From contig JBGAUA010000005.1 of assembly GCA_044228875.1 (NCBI GenBank), positions 1 to 59,023 of the forward strand: a stretch of 59,023 bases of DNA, written 5' to 3'. The first letter of the stretch is position 1, and the number at the start of each line of letters is the position of its first letter. The notes under the pieces were generated by a model that saw only the letters and a list, made by a program, of their open reading frames with translations, was not told where the DNA came from and made no database searches. This stretch comes from Anaerolineae bacterium. GTDB lineage: Bacteria > Chloroflexota > Anaerolineae > Epilineales > Epilineaceae. A program made the translations under genes and the position numbers. Positions 12,497 to 22,134 of this stretch are shown here, piece after piece.

Positions 12497-13483
12497 CTAC
12501 CAGGTCACCAGCTCCCGCGCCGCCGCCGCGATCTTCTTCTCGTCCGGCAGGTATTCCGCTTCCAGCACTGGATGCGCGGGGATGGGTGTGTCGAGGCCGC
12601 TGAGGCGCCTGACCGGCGCGTCCAGCTGGTGGAAGGCCTCCTCGGCGATGGACGCCGCGATCTCCGCCCCGAAGCCCGCCGTATGGTGGGCCTCGCTCAC
12701 CACCAGGGCGCGGCCGGTCCGGGCCACCGAGGCCAGCACCGCGGCCTTGTCCCAGGGCACGATCGTGCGCAGGTCCAGCACCTCCGCTTCGATGCCCTCC
12801 GCCGCCAGCAACTCGGCCGCCTCCAGGCATTTCAAGGCCATCGTGCCGTAGGCGATCAGGCTGAGGTCCCGACCCGCCCGCGTGACCGCCGCCTCTCCCA
12901 GGGGCACGAGGAAGTCGTCGCCCTCCGGCACCGGACCCTTGAGGCGGCGGTAGAGGTACTTCTGCTCCAGGAAGATCACCGGGTTGGGGTCGCGGATCGC
13001 GCTCTTGAGCAGGCCCTTGGCGTCGGCCGGCGTGGCCGGAATGACCACCTTCAAGCCCGGGATCTGGGCGAACCAGGCTTCGGGGCTCTGGCTGTGGAAG
13101 GGTCCCGCCATGGCCCAGGTGGCGCCGGCCGGGGCGCGGACCACCAAGGGCACGGGCTGGCCCCAGCGGTAGTGGATGGTCGAGGCCATGTTCACCAGCG
13201 GATCGAAGCCGCAGCTGATGAAGTCGGCGAACTGGATTTCCGCCACCGGCCGCATGCCCATCAGCGCCGCCCCCGTGGCCGCGCCGATGATGGCATTCTC
13301 GGCGATGGGCGTGTCGATGACCCGCTCGGGCCCGAAGCGCTCCAGGAAGCCTTCGGTCACCTTGTAGACCCCCCCGTAGACGCCGATGTCCTCGCCCAGC
13401 AGGAAGACCCGCGGATCCGTCGCCATCTCCTCCAGGAGGGCCTCGCGGATGGCCTCGTGGTAGCTGAGGATGCGCTCGCTCAC
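12497..13483 (-). CDS. 2-oxoacid (pyruvate/branched-chain/acetoin) dehydrogenase E1 component, beta subunit
   Basis: MSERILSYHEAIREALLEEM...FLLGEDIGVYGGVYKVTEGF...VIDTPIAENAIIG is a classic E1-beta N-terminus. Length is 328 aa. Confidence 0.95.
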   Translation of the reverse strand: MSERILSYHEAIREALLEEMATDPRVFLLGEDIGVYGGVYKVTEGFLERFGPERVIDTPIAENAIIGAATGAALMGMRPVAEIQFADFISCGFDPLVNMASTIHYRWGQPVPLVVRAPAGATWAMAGPFHSQSPEAWFAQIPGLKVVIPATPADAKGLLKSAIRDPNPVIFLEQKYLYRRLKGPVPEGDDFLVPLGEAAVTRAGRDLSLIAYGTMALKCLEAAELLAAEGIEAEVLDLRTIVPWDKAAVLASVARTGRALVVSEAHHTAGFGAEIAASIAEEAFHQLDAPVRRLSGLDTPIPAHPVLEAEYLPDEKKIAAAARELVTW

Positions 13484-14451
13484 GCGTACACCCCCTCGTG
13501 GACGTCTTCCGGCCGAGGGTCTTCCATGGCGTCCGCCTCCTGGATGGCGCGGTCGATCTCATCGCCCAGCTCCGCCGACAGCCTGTCCTCACGTGCCTCG
13601 TCCCACAGGCCTTCCGCCTCCAAGGCGGCGCGGTAGCGCTGGATGGGATCCCGGGCGGCCCATTCGGCGAGTTGTTCCCGCGGCACGTACTCAGCGGCGT
13701 CGATGATCGAATGCCCCTTCATGCGCATGGTCAGGCATTCCACCAAAGTGGGCCCGCCTCCGGAGCGGGCGCGGTCGGCGGCGGCGCGAACGGCGCCGTA
13801 CACCGCCTCCACGTCGTTGCCGTCCACCTGCGCGCCGGGGATGCCGTAGCCCTCGGCGCGGGCAACGATGCTGCGGCCGCCGTATTCGCGCGCCGGGGGC
13901 GTCGACAGGGCCCAGCCGTTGTTCTCGCAGACGAGGACCAGCGGCACCTTCATGACCGCCGCCATGTTGACCGCCTCGTGGAAGGCGCCGGTGGAGGTGG
14001 ACCCCTCGCCAAAGGTGGTCAGCGCCACGCGAGGCTCGGCGCGCAGCTTGAAGGCCAGGGCGACGCCGAGGGCAACAGGCAGCGAATCCGGCAGCACCGA
14101 GATCATGCCCACGATGCCGCGGCCCATGTCCCCGATGTGCAGCCCGGAATCCTTGCCCCGGTTGTTGGACTGCCGCTTGCCAAGGTACTGGGCGAAGACC
14201 TCCACCGGCGTCACGCCGCGCACCAGGTGGGCGCCCATGTCGCGGTACATGGGGGCGATGACGTCCTCCGGCCGCAAGGCATAGGTCATGCCCACGGGTA
14301 TGGCCTCCTGGCCGTGCCCGGTGTACAGCCGCCCGATGAGCCGGCCTTGGCTGGAGAGCGCCCAGGCGGCGTCCTCCACGGCGCGGCTCTGGCGCATGAA
14401 GCGGTACAGCCGCAGGCGATCCTGGGCGTCGAGCGGAGGGATGGTGGACAT
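13480..14451 (-). CDS. 2-oxoacid dehydrogenase E1 component, alpha subunit (TPP-dependent)
   Basis: Contains the TPP-binding block TTFGEGSTSTGAFHEAVNMAAVMKVPLVLVCENNGWA. There is a 4-nt start/stop overlap with the beta subunit. Confidence 0.95.
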   Translation of the reverse strand: MSTIPPLDAQDRLRLYRFMRQSRAVEDAAWALSSQGRLIGRLYTGHGQEAIPVGMTYALRPEDVIAPMYRDMGAHLVRGVTPVEVFAQYLGKRQSNNRGKDSGLHIGDMGRGIVGMISVLPDSLPVALGVALAFKLRAEPRVALTTFGEGSTSTGAFHEAVNMAAVMKVPLVLVCENNGWALSTPPAREYGGRSIVARAEGYGIPGAQVDGNDVEAVYGAVRAAADRARSGGGPTLVECLTMRMKGHSIIDAAEYVPREQLAEWAARDPIQRYRAALEAEGLWDEAREDRLSAELGDEIDRAIQEADAMEDPRPEDVHEGVYA

Positions 14452-14683
14452 GGGGAGCCTCGGGACGCGGCGATCCGGCGGGCAGCGGAAGGGTAGGGCG
14501 CGGGCTGACGGCGCCGGCGTCAGGATTGTAGGTGGGGGCCGCAGGGCCGTACAATTCCCGCGGCTGGGACGCGGCGAGCGGGTAAGATCCCGGCAGCTCG
14601 ACGCGACTCACCAAGGGAGCGGCGCGGTGTCGCTTCGAGCAGGGTTCTCCTGATCGCTCAGCTGAACGAGGAGCTGTAAAACC

Positions 14684-15028
14684 ATGGGCCATGCGAGCCT
14701 GACCGTGACCGACCAGAACTTCGAGGCCGAGGTTCTCAAGAGCGACAAGCCGGTGCTGGTGGATTTCTGGGCGGAATGGTGCGGTCCCTGCCGCGCCGTC
14801 GGCCCCATCGTCGAGGAGTTGGCCGGCGAGCAGAAGGCCGTGCTGAAGGTGGGCAAGCTGGACGTCGACGCCAATGGCCAGACGGCCATGACCTACAACG
14901 TGATGAGCATCCCCACCATGATCCTGTTCCATGGTGGCGTCGAAGTGAAGCGCCTTGTGGGCGCCATGCCCAAGGACCGCATCATGGCGCAGATCCAGCC
15001 CTTCCTGGGGCAGCCCGCGGTGGCCTGA
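14684..15028 (+). CDS. trxA: Thioredoxin
   Basis: 114 aa with the WCGPC active site (VLVDFWAEWCGPCR) and the SIPT cis-Pro loop. Confidence 0.95.
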   Translation: MGHASLTVTDQNFEAEVLKSDKPVLVDFWAEWCGPCRAVGPIVEELAGEQKAVLKVGKLDVDANGQTAMTYNVMSIPTMILFHGGVEVKRLVGAMPKDRIMAQIQPFLGQPAVA

Positions 15029-15089
15029 GCCCGCGGTGGACCCGCCGCCGTCCGGCGCGGATCCACCTGGGTTGGATGGTCAGACGATG

Positions 15090-15125
15090 GCGGCCGCTTC
15101 ATGTCGAAGCGGCCGCTTCTTCGTT
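15090..15125 (+). terminator. Intrinsic terminator of trxA
   Basis: Perfect 11-bp stem gcggccgcttc / gaagcggccgc with a 5-nt loop, followed by ttcttcgtt. Confidence 0.8.
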
Positions 15126-15213
15126 CCCGAACGCCCCTTTGCGCCAAGCGCTGATCCCGACCCTTCTTGCCGGCGACGGGAACCCCAAGGCCTTCTGAGG
15201 GTACCCAGGCTTC

Positions 15214-15858
15214 ATGGCCGCGGAAACGACGTTCAGCCCAGCCGGCCGCCTGCGTCCGGAGAGGCCGATGCGAATCGACGATGTCCTGCCCGGCGATGAA
15301 GGCGACGCGCTCCTGGTCAAGCGGATGGCCGGGGGCGATCTGGCGGCGCACCGCGCGCTCTACGAACGCCACGCGGCAGACCTTCTGCGCTACCTGGCGG
15401 GCCGCTTGGACGGCAGCGCCGTCCTGGCCGAGGAACTGCTGCAGGAGGTGATGGTGGTGGTCTGGCGGCAGGCCGCCGCCTTTCGCGGCGGCAGCCGGGT
15501 GCGCACCTGGCTCTTCGGCATCGCCCACCACCGCGCGGCAAACCTCTGGCGCCGGCAGCGCTTGGAGGTGCGCCACCAAGGTCCGGATCTGGACGACGAC
15601 GAGCATCCCTTCGAGCTGCCGGTGGACGGCCGCTTCGGCGACACCGATCGGCGCATCGACCTGGACCGCGCCTTGAGCGGCTTGAGCTGGGAGCAGCGGG
15701 CCGTTCTGGACCTCACCTTCTACCACGGCCTGACGGAACACGAGGTGGCCCTGGTGCTGGGCATCGCCGCGGGCACGGTCAAGAGCCGCCTGCATCGGGC
15801 CAAGCTCGCGCTGCGCGCGCAGTTCGAACCGGAGAGCAAGGAAACCAGCCATGCATGA
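15214..15858 (+). CDS. ECF-type RNA polymerase sigma-70 family factor
   Basis: Region 2 is LYERHAADLLRYL...VWRQAAAF...WLFGIAHH. Region 4 HTH is LSWEQRAVLDLTFYHGLTEHEVALVLGIAAGTVKSRLHRA. The start could instead be the ATG at 15268. Confidence 0.85.
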   Translation: MAAETTFSPAGRLRPERPMRIDDVLPGDEGDALLVKRMAGGDLAAHRALYERHAADLLRYLAGRLDGSAVLAEELLQEVMVVVWRQAAAFRGGSRVRTWLFGIAHHRAANLWRRQRLEVRHQGPDLDDDEHPFELPVDGRFGDTDRRIDLDRALSGLSWEQRAVLDLTFYHGLTEHEVALVLGIAAGTVKSRLHRAKLALRAQFEPESKETSHA

Positions 15859-17356
15859 CGCCATCCTCGCGGACCTGCCGGCCTACGCCGCCGGCACCCT
15901 GGACCCCGCGGACCGCCGGCGCGTGGACGCGCACCTGGCGGATTGCGCGCCCTGCCGCCTCGAGCTGGCCCAATGGCAGACCCTGGCCGCCGCCGCCCGG
16001 CGGCAGGTGGCCGAGCGCAGAGCGACGGTACCGGCCTGGGTGTCGCCGCTGGACGGCGTCCCCGCGCCCTCCGCCGGCGCGGGTCCCGGCCGGCGCCTCT
16101 ACCCGTTCCTGGCGCTGCTCCTGGCCCTCGGTCTGGCCGGCCGCCTGGTCATGAGCGACCCCGCGCCCTCTGGCGACGTCGACGGGGGCGATCCGCGGGC
16201 GACCGGATCGTTGGTGACCGGTCGGGGCGGCGACCGGTTGGGCGGCCCGGGCAGCGATGGCGATCCCAGCGGCACCACGAAGCCCCTGCCGCAGTCGACG
16301 ACGGACCCGAAGACCCCTTCAGGCGCGTCCCGTCCGTCCGGCGCCCCGACCGAGGCGCCAGGATCGGCGTCCGATCGGCTGGCGGTCCTGCGGGCGCGGA
16401 GCAGGGCCGGGACGGTGGCCGCCCTGTCGCAGGCGAACTCCGGTTCCGTCTCATCGACGCCGCCCGCGGACCGGGCCGCCCCGTTGGGGGGCGCGGGAAC
16501 GGCGGGGCGCCCGCCGACCATCGGCACGACGGATCCCTCGGCCGATCCGGGAGCCGGCCCTCAGGCTCCCGTGGACCCGGTGAGCACCGCCGCGCCCGCG
16601 ACGGAAGTTCCTGGCGGACACAGGGTCGACCCGACGGAAGACCCGACGGTCGAGCCGCGCGACCCGCCGGCCAGGCCGGCGCCGGGCTACAGCCCGACGC
16701 CTCTTTCGCTTCCCACGGAGACGGTCACACCGGTTCCGCTGACCGCGACGCCCCCGTCGGAGGGCGTCCTGACCGGCCGGGTGCACGGCCCCGACGGCCT
16801 GCCGCGCGCGGAGATCGACGTCTACGCCGATTCGCTGGATCCGGCTCAAGGGGGACGCAAGGCGTCCACGGGCAGTGACGGCGCCTACCAGTTGGCGCTG
16901 CCGCCGGGACGATGGCTGCTGCATGCGGAGTCTGCCGCCTACCAGCTGATGTGGTTCGGCGGCAGTCCCAACCCACTGCTGGCGGAGCCCCTGGAGATCG
17001 CGGCGGGTCGGAGCCAGCGGGCGGACTTCTACCTGGAGCCCAGCCCGCCGGGCCTGATCCGTGGCCAGGTGCTGGATGCGGCGGGCCGGCCGGTGGACCG
17101 CGCCTTGGTGGTGGCGGCCTATCCGCCGGACGGCGACGATGCCGGGCCGCGGCTGGTCTGGGCGGTCTTCAGCGGCACGGACGGCGCCTTCAGCCTGTCC
17201 TTGCCGCCAGGCGTCTGGCATCTGGCGGCCGCCGCGGACTGGCGCGAACGGGATCTGCATTGGTGGGGCGGCGCCGGCGCATGGGAGCAGTCCGACGCGC
17301 TGGCGGTATCCGCTTCGGCGCCGTTGGGCGGGGTGCGACTGCTGGTCGATCCGTAG
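15851..17356 (+). CDS. Anti-sigma factor (zf-HC2) with one TM helix, a Pro-rich spacer and two CarboxypepD_reg-like extracytoplasmic domains
   Basis: The start overlaps the sigma gene stop (ATGCATGA). The HLADCAPC zinc motif is present, followed by the TM segment LYPFLALLLALGLAG. Two repeats occur: GVLTGRVHGPDG...TGSDGAYQLALPPGRW and GLIRGQVLDAAG...SGTDGAFSLSLPPGVW. Confidence 0.8.
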   Translation: MHDAILADLPAYAAGTLDPADRRRVDAHLADCAPCRLELAQWQTLAAAARRQVAERRATVPAWVSPLDGVPAPSAGAGPGRRLYPFLALLLALGLAGRLVMSDPAPSGDVDGGDPRATGSLVTGRGGDRLGGPGSDGDPSGTTKPLPQSTTDPKTPSGASRPSGAPTEAPGSASDRLAVLRARSRAGTVAALSQANSGSVSSTPPADRAAPLGGAGTAGRPPTIGTTDPSADPGAGPQAPVDPVSTAAPATEVPGGHRVDPTEDPTVEPRDPPARPAPGYSPTPLSLPTETVTPVPLTATPPSEGVLTGRVHGPDGLPRAEIDVYADSLDPAQGGRKASTGSDGAYQLALPPGRWLLHAESAAYQLMWFGGSPNPLLAEPLEIAAGRSQRADFYLEPSPPGLIRGQVLDAAGRPVDRALVVAAYPPDGDDAGPRLVWAVFSGTDGAFSLSLPPGVWHLAAAADWRERDLHWWGGAGAWEQSDALAVSASAPLGGVRLLVDP

Positions 17357-17505
17357 CCTGGCAAGCAGGCGGCGCGACCGGCGTCGGCGGCGAGCCGGAA
17401 CCTCGATCCCTGTCCGCGGTACCCATCCGCATCGAACCGCCGCCGACCGGCCAGGATGCCCGGCCCGCGGCGCCACCCGGATGATCGCATCAGGAGAAGA
17501 CCACC

Positions 17506-20265
17506 ATGAACACGCGCTTCGACCGACGGATTGACCCGCGCCCACATCGTTCCGACCTCCCGCCGAGCCGCGGCTGCCGCTGCCGCGCGCATCCCCGCGC
17601 CTGGCTCGCCGCCATCCTGTTGGCGTCCGGAGCCCTGGCGCTGTTGAGCGGACTACGCACCCCGGCAGCGGCGCAGCCTCAGGAATCGGCCTGCGTCGCG
17701 CAACTGACCCGCAGGGTGAATCCCGAGACCGTCACCCTGGGGGAGGAGGTCACGGTGACGACGGTCTTCAAGGCCGACTGTTCAAAGTCCACCGACCCCC
17801 TGCACCTGGTGTTCGCCCTGGACGTCTCCGGATCCATGGCCGGGAAGCCGCTGACCGATACGGTGAGCGTGCTGCGAACGTGGACGCGGAACCTGCTGGC
17901 GGATCAGTTGGTGGTCACCCGCGTCGGCCTGCTGGCCTTCAACGACGCGGTGGTCAGGCGCTGCGGGCTGACGCGGAGCGTCGGGGTCATCGATACCTGC
18001 CTGGACGGCCTGCCCGTCAAGGGCGGCAGCGATGTGGCGAAGGGGATCACGGAGGCCTTCACCGTCCTGGTCGATGGACGCGGCCTCGCGGGGTCGGATG
18101 CCACCGCCACCGAGGTCATGATCGTGCTCTCCGACGGGGCCAACAACCTGGGTTGCGATCCGGTGAAGGCGGCGGCGCGCCAGGCAAAGGCTCAGGGCGT
18201 GCTGATGGTGACGGTCTGCATCGGCGCCTCCTGTGACGCGCAATGCATGCGGGAATCGGCCAGTTCGGCGCGCTACCACTTCGTCATCGACCAATCGGAT
18301 GCGATCGCGGCCATGCTGCAGAGCCTCCGCACATCCATGCGCGGTCTTCGTCGCCTGACCCTGCACGAGGAGCTGACCCCCAACCTGGAGTTCGTCGCCG
18401 GAAGCGCGGCGCCGGCTGCGGTCTGGGATCCCGCGGCGTCCCGTCTGACCTGGGACTGGTCCATACCCTCAGGAGCCATGACCGTCGCCTACCGGCTGCG
18501 TCCCCTGCAGGTGGGCACGATGCCTTCGGGACATGCCTCCACGGCCTCCTTTACGGACCAGAGGCTTCGGACCGGCACGGTGTCCGCCCCCATCGGGACC
18601 ATCACGGTCCTGCCCGGCAGTTCGGATCCACGGCCGGCAATCCGCAGCGCCCTGATCCTGCAACGCGACAGCCTGGCCTTGGGGCAGCAGAGCGCGGTGA
18701 CCGCCACCCTGGACATGACCCTGCCCGAACCGCCCGGTCACACGCATCTGGTGCTGGTAGCGGACCGGTCGGGGTCGATGGCCGGTGAGCCCATCACCCG
18801 CTTGCTGGAGGGCGCGCGCCTGATGCTGGATCGCCTGGAGACCCTTGCCACCGATGATTTCGCTGCCGCCATCGTCCGCTTCAACAACATGTCTGATCTG
18901 CTCTGCGACTTGACGGGCGACTTCGGCAAGCTGCGTGGCTGCGTGGACCGGATCGCCCCGGCCGAGGGCGGGACGAACATCGCCTCGGGGCTTGAGGAGG
19001 GACACAGGGCCATGAAGAAGGACGGGTCCTGGATCGGCGGCAAAGACCTGGTGGTCTTCTCGGATGGCGCGAACAATGCCGGCTGCGACCCCGTCGTGGC
19101 CGCCGCCCGGGACATCAAGGCTGATGGCATCGTGGTGCACGCGGTATGTCTCGGCAGCGGCTGCGACGCGCAGTGCATGCAGATGGCCGCCTCCAGCCCC
19201 CGCCACTTCTTCGACGTGCCCCTGAACGCCGATCTGCCGCAGGTGCTGGACAGCATCGCCCAGGACCTGCTCTCGCGGCGCGGGGTGGAGGCGGTCAACC
19301 TGGACCTGACGGTACCGCCCCATCTGCGCCTTGTTCCGGGAAGCTTCTCGGTGGCGCCCGACTCGGTGGACGCCGCCGGCGCCCATTGGAGCCTGCCGCG
19401 CCTGCCCTACGGTGGCCTGCAGCTGACCTTCGCGGTAGAGGCCGTGGCCGGCGGCAGCGGCACACTGGAGCTCTCCTCCAACCTCCCGATGCTGCGGATG
19501 TCGACCTTGAAGGGGCAGACGAGCTCCAAGCCGGTGGACGTGCCGGTCACGCCGACCGCCCAGCCGACGGCCAGCCCCACGTCTACGGACCCGGCGCCCA
19601 GCGCCAGTCCTACACCGACAGGCACGCCCGCCGGCCCTTCGCCCATCTTCCTGCCGCTCATGCTCCGCGAAGCCGCCCAGAACCAGGCGGCCGACCTGGT
19701 GCTGGTCATCGACAGCTCCCTGAGCATGGGCGAACGCCTGGGCGCGGAGGGCAGCAAGCTGGAAGCCGCCCAGGCGGCGGTGGATGCCCTGCTGCAGGGC
19801 TTGGACCTGACGCGGCACCGTGTGGCCCTGGTGGCCACCGATGCCGCGGCGCGGCAGCTGCAGCCGCTGGGCCGCGACGCGGATGCCCTCCGTCGCTCCC
19901 TGGCGCAGCTGCAGCTGGGCGGCGGCACCGCCCTGGACCAGGGCCTGACCCTGGCGACGGAACAGCTGCTGGGGGAGCAGCGCCGCGGCATGACCCGCGG
20001 CGTCATCCTGCTGCTCAGCGACGGCCGGGCGCACGAGGCCGCGCCGGCGGACGCGGTCGCCGCGGCCGATCGCGCCCGCCGCCTGAAGCTGGAGGTGTAC
20101 ACCGTGGGCCTGGGCCAGGAGGTGGACGCCAATACCCTCGCGGCCATCGCCGACAGCCCCGTGCGCTACCAGGCGGCGGCGGACCGCGATGCGGCATTGC
20201 GGGCCTTCCGGCGGCTGGCGGGGTGGATGGACTGTCCGGCGGAGGGGGTGTGGGGCGAGCGGTGA
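17506..20265 (+). CDS. Secreted protein with three vWA domains
   Basis: AGGAGA lies 7 nt before the ATG, and a signal peptide is present (AAILLASGALALLSGLRTPAAAQ). Three MIDAS motifs occur: LVFALDVSGSMAG, LVLVADRSGSMAG and LVLVIDSSLSMGE. A P/T linker precedes the third domain. Confidence 0.85.
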   Translation: MNTRFDRRIDPRPHRSDLPPSRGCRCRAHPRAWLAAILLASGALALLSGLRTPAAAQPQESACVAQLTRRVNPETVTLGEEVTVTTVFKADCSKSTDPLHLVFALDVSGSMAGKPLTDTVSVLRTWTRNLLADQLVVTRVGLLAFNDAVVRRCGLTRSVGVIDTCLDGLPVKGGSDVAKGITEAFTVLVDGRGLAGSDATATEVMIVLSDGANNLGCDPVKAAARQAKAQGVLMVTVCIGASCDAQCMRESASSARYHFVIDQSDAIAAMLQSLRTSMRGLRRLTLHEELTPNLEFVAGSAAPAAVWDPAASRLTWDWSIPSGAMTVAYRLRPLQVGTMPSGHASTASFTDQRLRTGTVSAPIGTITVLPGSSDPRPAIRSALILQRDSLALGQQSAVTATLDMTLPEPPGHTHLVLVADRSGSMAGEPITRLLEGARLMLDRLETLATDDFAAAIVRFNNMSDLLCDLTGDFGKLRGCVDRIAPAEGGTNIASGLEEGHRAMKKDGSWIGGKDLVVFSDGANNAGCDPVVAAARDIKADGIVVHAVCLGSGCDAQCMQMAASSPRHFFDVPLNADLPQVLDSIAQDLLSRRGVEAVNLDLTVPPHLRLVPGSFSVAPDSVDAAGAHWSLPRLPYGGLQLTFAVEAVAGGSGTLELSSNLPMLRMSTLKGQTSSKPVDVPVTPTAQPTASPTSTDPAPSASPTPTGTPAGPSPIFLPLMLREAAQNQAADLVLVIDSSLSMGERLGAEGSKLEAAQAAVDALLQGLDLTRHRVALVATDAAARQLQPLGRDADALRRSLAQLQLGGGTALDQGLTLATEQLLGEQRRGMTRGVILLLSDGRAHEAAPADAVAAADRARRLKLEVYTVGLGQEVDANTLAAIADSPVRYQAAADRDAALRAFRRLAGWMDCPAEGVWGER

Positions 20266-20277
20266 GGGCCAGGCGGG

Positions 20278-20310
20278 GCATCCGCTGCAGCCCCGTGGCT
20301 CAGCGGATGC
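20278..20310. terminator. Hairpin between the convergent vWA and carbamate kinase genes
   Basis: Perfect 10-bp stem gcatccgctg / cagcggatgc with a 13-nt loop, starting 13 nt after the vWA stop. Confidence 0.55.
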
Positions 20311-20430
20311 TCTGCCCCTGACCCGAGAGGGTCGTGACGGTCTGGCAGCGACCAGAGCGCGCCGCCCTGACCGCCGGGGGGCAAGCAGCCCCGGGTGTGC
20401 GGCGGACGCACCAGCCGACCTACGAAAGGC

Positions 20431-21414
20431 CTAGCCCCCCACCTCCGTCCCCGCCTCCCCCGCCCAGGCCGCCGCCATCGCCTCCAGGTGGCAAATCACC
20501 GCCCGCCCACCGGCGCGAGCAACGGCTAGCGCCGCGGCCACCTTGGGACGCATGGAGCCGGCGCCCAACGCGTCTCCGGCCAGAAGCGCTTCGGCCTCGA
20601 CCACCGTCAGCCGCCGGGGCCACGTTTCTTCCGGCCGACCGTGGTGCAGAGCCACCCCGCGGACGTCGGTAGCGATGAGCAGTCCGGCGGCATCCAGCTG
20701 GCGCGCCAGCAGGGCCGCCGTCTGGTCCTTGTCCACCACCGCCGCCACGCCCTCGAGGCGGCTGCCCTTGCGCTGCACGGGGATGCCCCCGCCGCCGCCG
20801 GCGACGACCACGGTCCCGGTGGCCAACAAGTACCGGATCGCCGGCAGCTCCAGGACGGCCAGGGGCTGGGGCGAGGCCACCAGCCGCCGCCAGCCGCGGG
20901 GCTCGGGGCCTAAGGCGGCCAGGGTCCAGCCCTGCTCGCGCCTGAGCGTCTCGGCCTGCTCCGCCGTCAGCCAAGGGCCGATGGGCTTCTCCGGAGCGCC
21001 GAAGGCCGGGTCTTCCGCGTCCACCAGCACCTGGGTGATCACGGCCGCGACCGGACGCTCAAGGCCCTGCGCCGCCAGAGCGTCGCCGAGGGCGCGGGCC
21101 AGGCTGTAGCCGAGGGCGCCCTGGGTGTTGGCCACCGCCATGTCGACGGTCAAGCCGGGCAGGGCTCCCTCGGTCAGGGCGGCGCGCTGCAGTTCGAGAC
21201 CCACCTGCGGGCCGTTGCCGTGCACCAGGAGCAGCGGCCGATCGGCGGCTGCCAGCCGCGCCAGATGCTCGGCCGCCGCGCGGACCGCCCGCCACTGGTC
21301 CTCCAGGCGGCCGCGCGAGCGCCGCGGCAGGAGGGCGTTGCCCCCCAGGGCGACGACGAGCGGACGCGCGGCCGTCGATTCTGAGCCTGGCGCTACGGAC
21401 ACCCCGCCTTCCAT
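20431..21414 (-). CDS. arcC: Carbamate kinase
   Basis: 327 aa with VVALGGNALL, LVHGNGPQVG, VVAGGGGGIPV and VVDKDQTAALLA. The rest of track ORF 20431..22425 upstream is non-coding read-through. The start could instead be the GTG at 21402. Confidence 0.9.
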   Translation of the reverse strand: MEGGVSVAPGSESTAARPLVVALGGNALLPRRSRGRLEDQWRAVRAAAEHLARLAAADRPLLLVHGNGPQVGLELQRAALTEGALPGLTVDMAVANTQGALGYSLARALGDALAAQGLERPVAAVITQVLVDAEDPAFGAPEKPIGPWLTAEQAETLRREQGWTLAALGPEPRGWRRLVASPQPLAVLELPAIRYLLATGTVVVAGGGGGIPVQRKGSRLEGVAAVVDKDQTAALLARQLDAAGLLIATDVRGVALHHGRPEETWPRRLTVVEAEALLAGDALGAGSMRPKVAAALAVARAGGRAVICHLEAMAAAWAGEAGTEVGG

Positions 21415-21995
21415 AGCGGCGTGTTGCAGATGCTGTAGGGCTGGCGCGGGTCGCGCAGGGAGAGCCAGGTGCGGTAGGGGTTCCACAGGGGGTGGAAGGG
21501 GATGTTGGGGTTGGACTTCTCGTTGAAGCCGCGGACGCGCCAGGGCTCGGCGACGGCCGCGTCCTGCACCGACTGCGGGATGGCCTTCAACAGCTGCGGG
21601 CATACCTTGTAGGTCTGCGCGGCAGCCGCGCCGCCCGGGGTGGGCGAAGGCAGGGGCCGCAAGGTGGCCGTGGGGCCGGCCGTCGCCCCGGGGTTGGGGA
21701 GGCCCGGCTCGCCCGGGAGCAGGCCGTTGAAGGGATCCCCACAGGGGAAGCGGATGACGAGCCGCGGGCAGGGATGGGGGCAATGGCGCGGGAAGGGGTC
21801 GGCCGGGTAGGGCCAGCCGGGGTCGATGATGATGGGTCCGCCATGGTGATCGGGCTGACCCGCCTCCACCTCCGCGGCCGTGGCGCCTTGGCGGGCGGCC
21901 AGGAGCGCGCTGATGGCCACGACCAGGGCCGCGGCCAGCAGCCGCCCCCAGCCGGCGCGGCGAAGCGCGACGTTGACGAATGGTCTTGATGTCAT
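21393..21995 (-). CDS. Secreted hypothetical protein with a Cys-bearing C-terminal domain
   Basis: The ATG at 21995 is preceded by GGAGGGGAG. An N-terminal TM/signal segment is present (GRLLAAALVVAISALLAA). The C-terminal part is YKVCPQLLKAIPQSV...NPNIPFHPLWNPYRTWLSL...ICNTPLWKAGCP. I cannot name a family for it. Confidence 0.55.
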   Translation of the reverse strand: MTSRPFVNVALRRAGWGRLLAAALVVAISALLAARQGATAAEVEAGQPDHHGGPIIIDPGWPYPADPFPRHCPHPCPRLVIRFPCGDPFNGLLPGEPGLPNPGATAGPTATLRPLPSPTPGGAAAAQTYKVCPQLLKAIPQSVQDAAVAEPWRVRGFNEKSNPNIPFHPLWNPYRTWLSLRDPRQPYSICNTPLWKAGCP

Positions 21996-22105
21996 GCTGC
22001 TCCCCTCCTGTTGAATCCTGGGCCGGGGCAGGGCGCGAACCGTTGAGCGCAGATGATAGCGGGGGGAGGGGGGCGCGTAAAGCAGTGTGCTGCCTTCCCG
22101 TACCA

Positions 22106-22134
22106 TTGACGGGCTTGTGCGCGCTGGTTATACT
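22106..22134 (+). promoter_or_regulatory. Near-consensus sigma-70-type promoter
   Basis: TTGACG (22106-22111), an exact 17-nt spacer, then TATACT (22129-22134). This is conspicuous in GC-rich DNA and points toward the Cys-rich lipoprotein gene. Confidence 0.55.
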
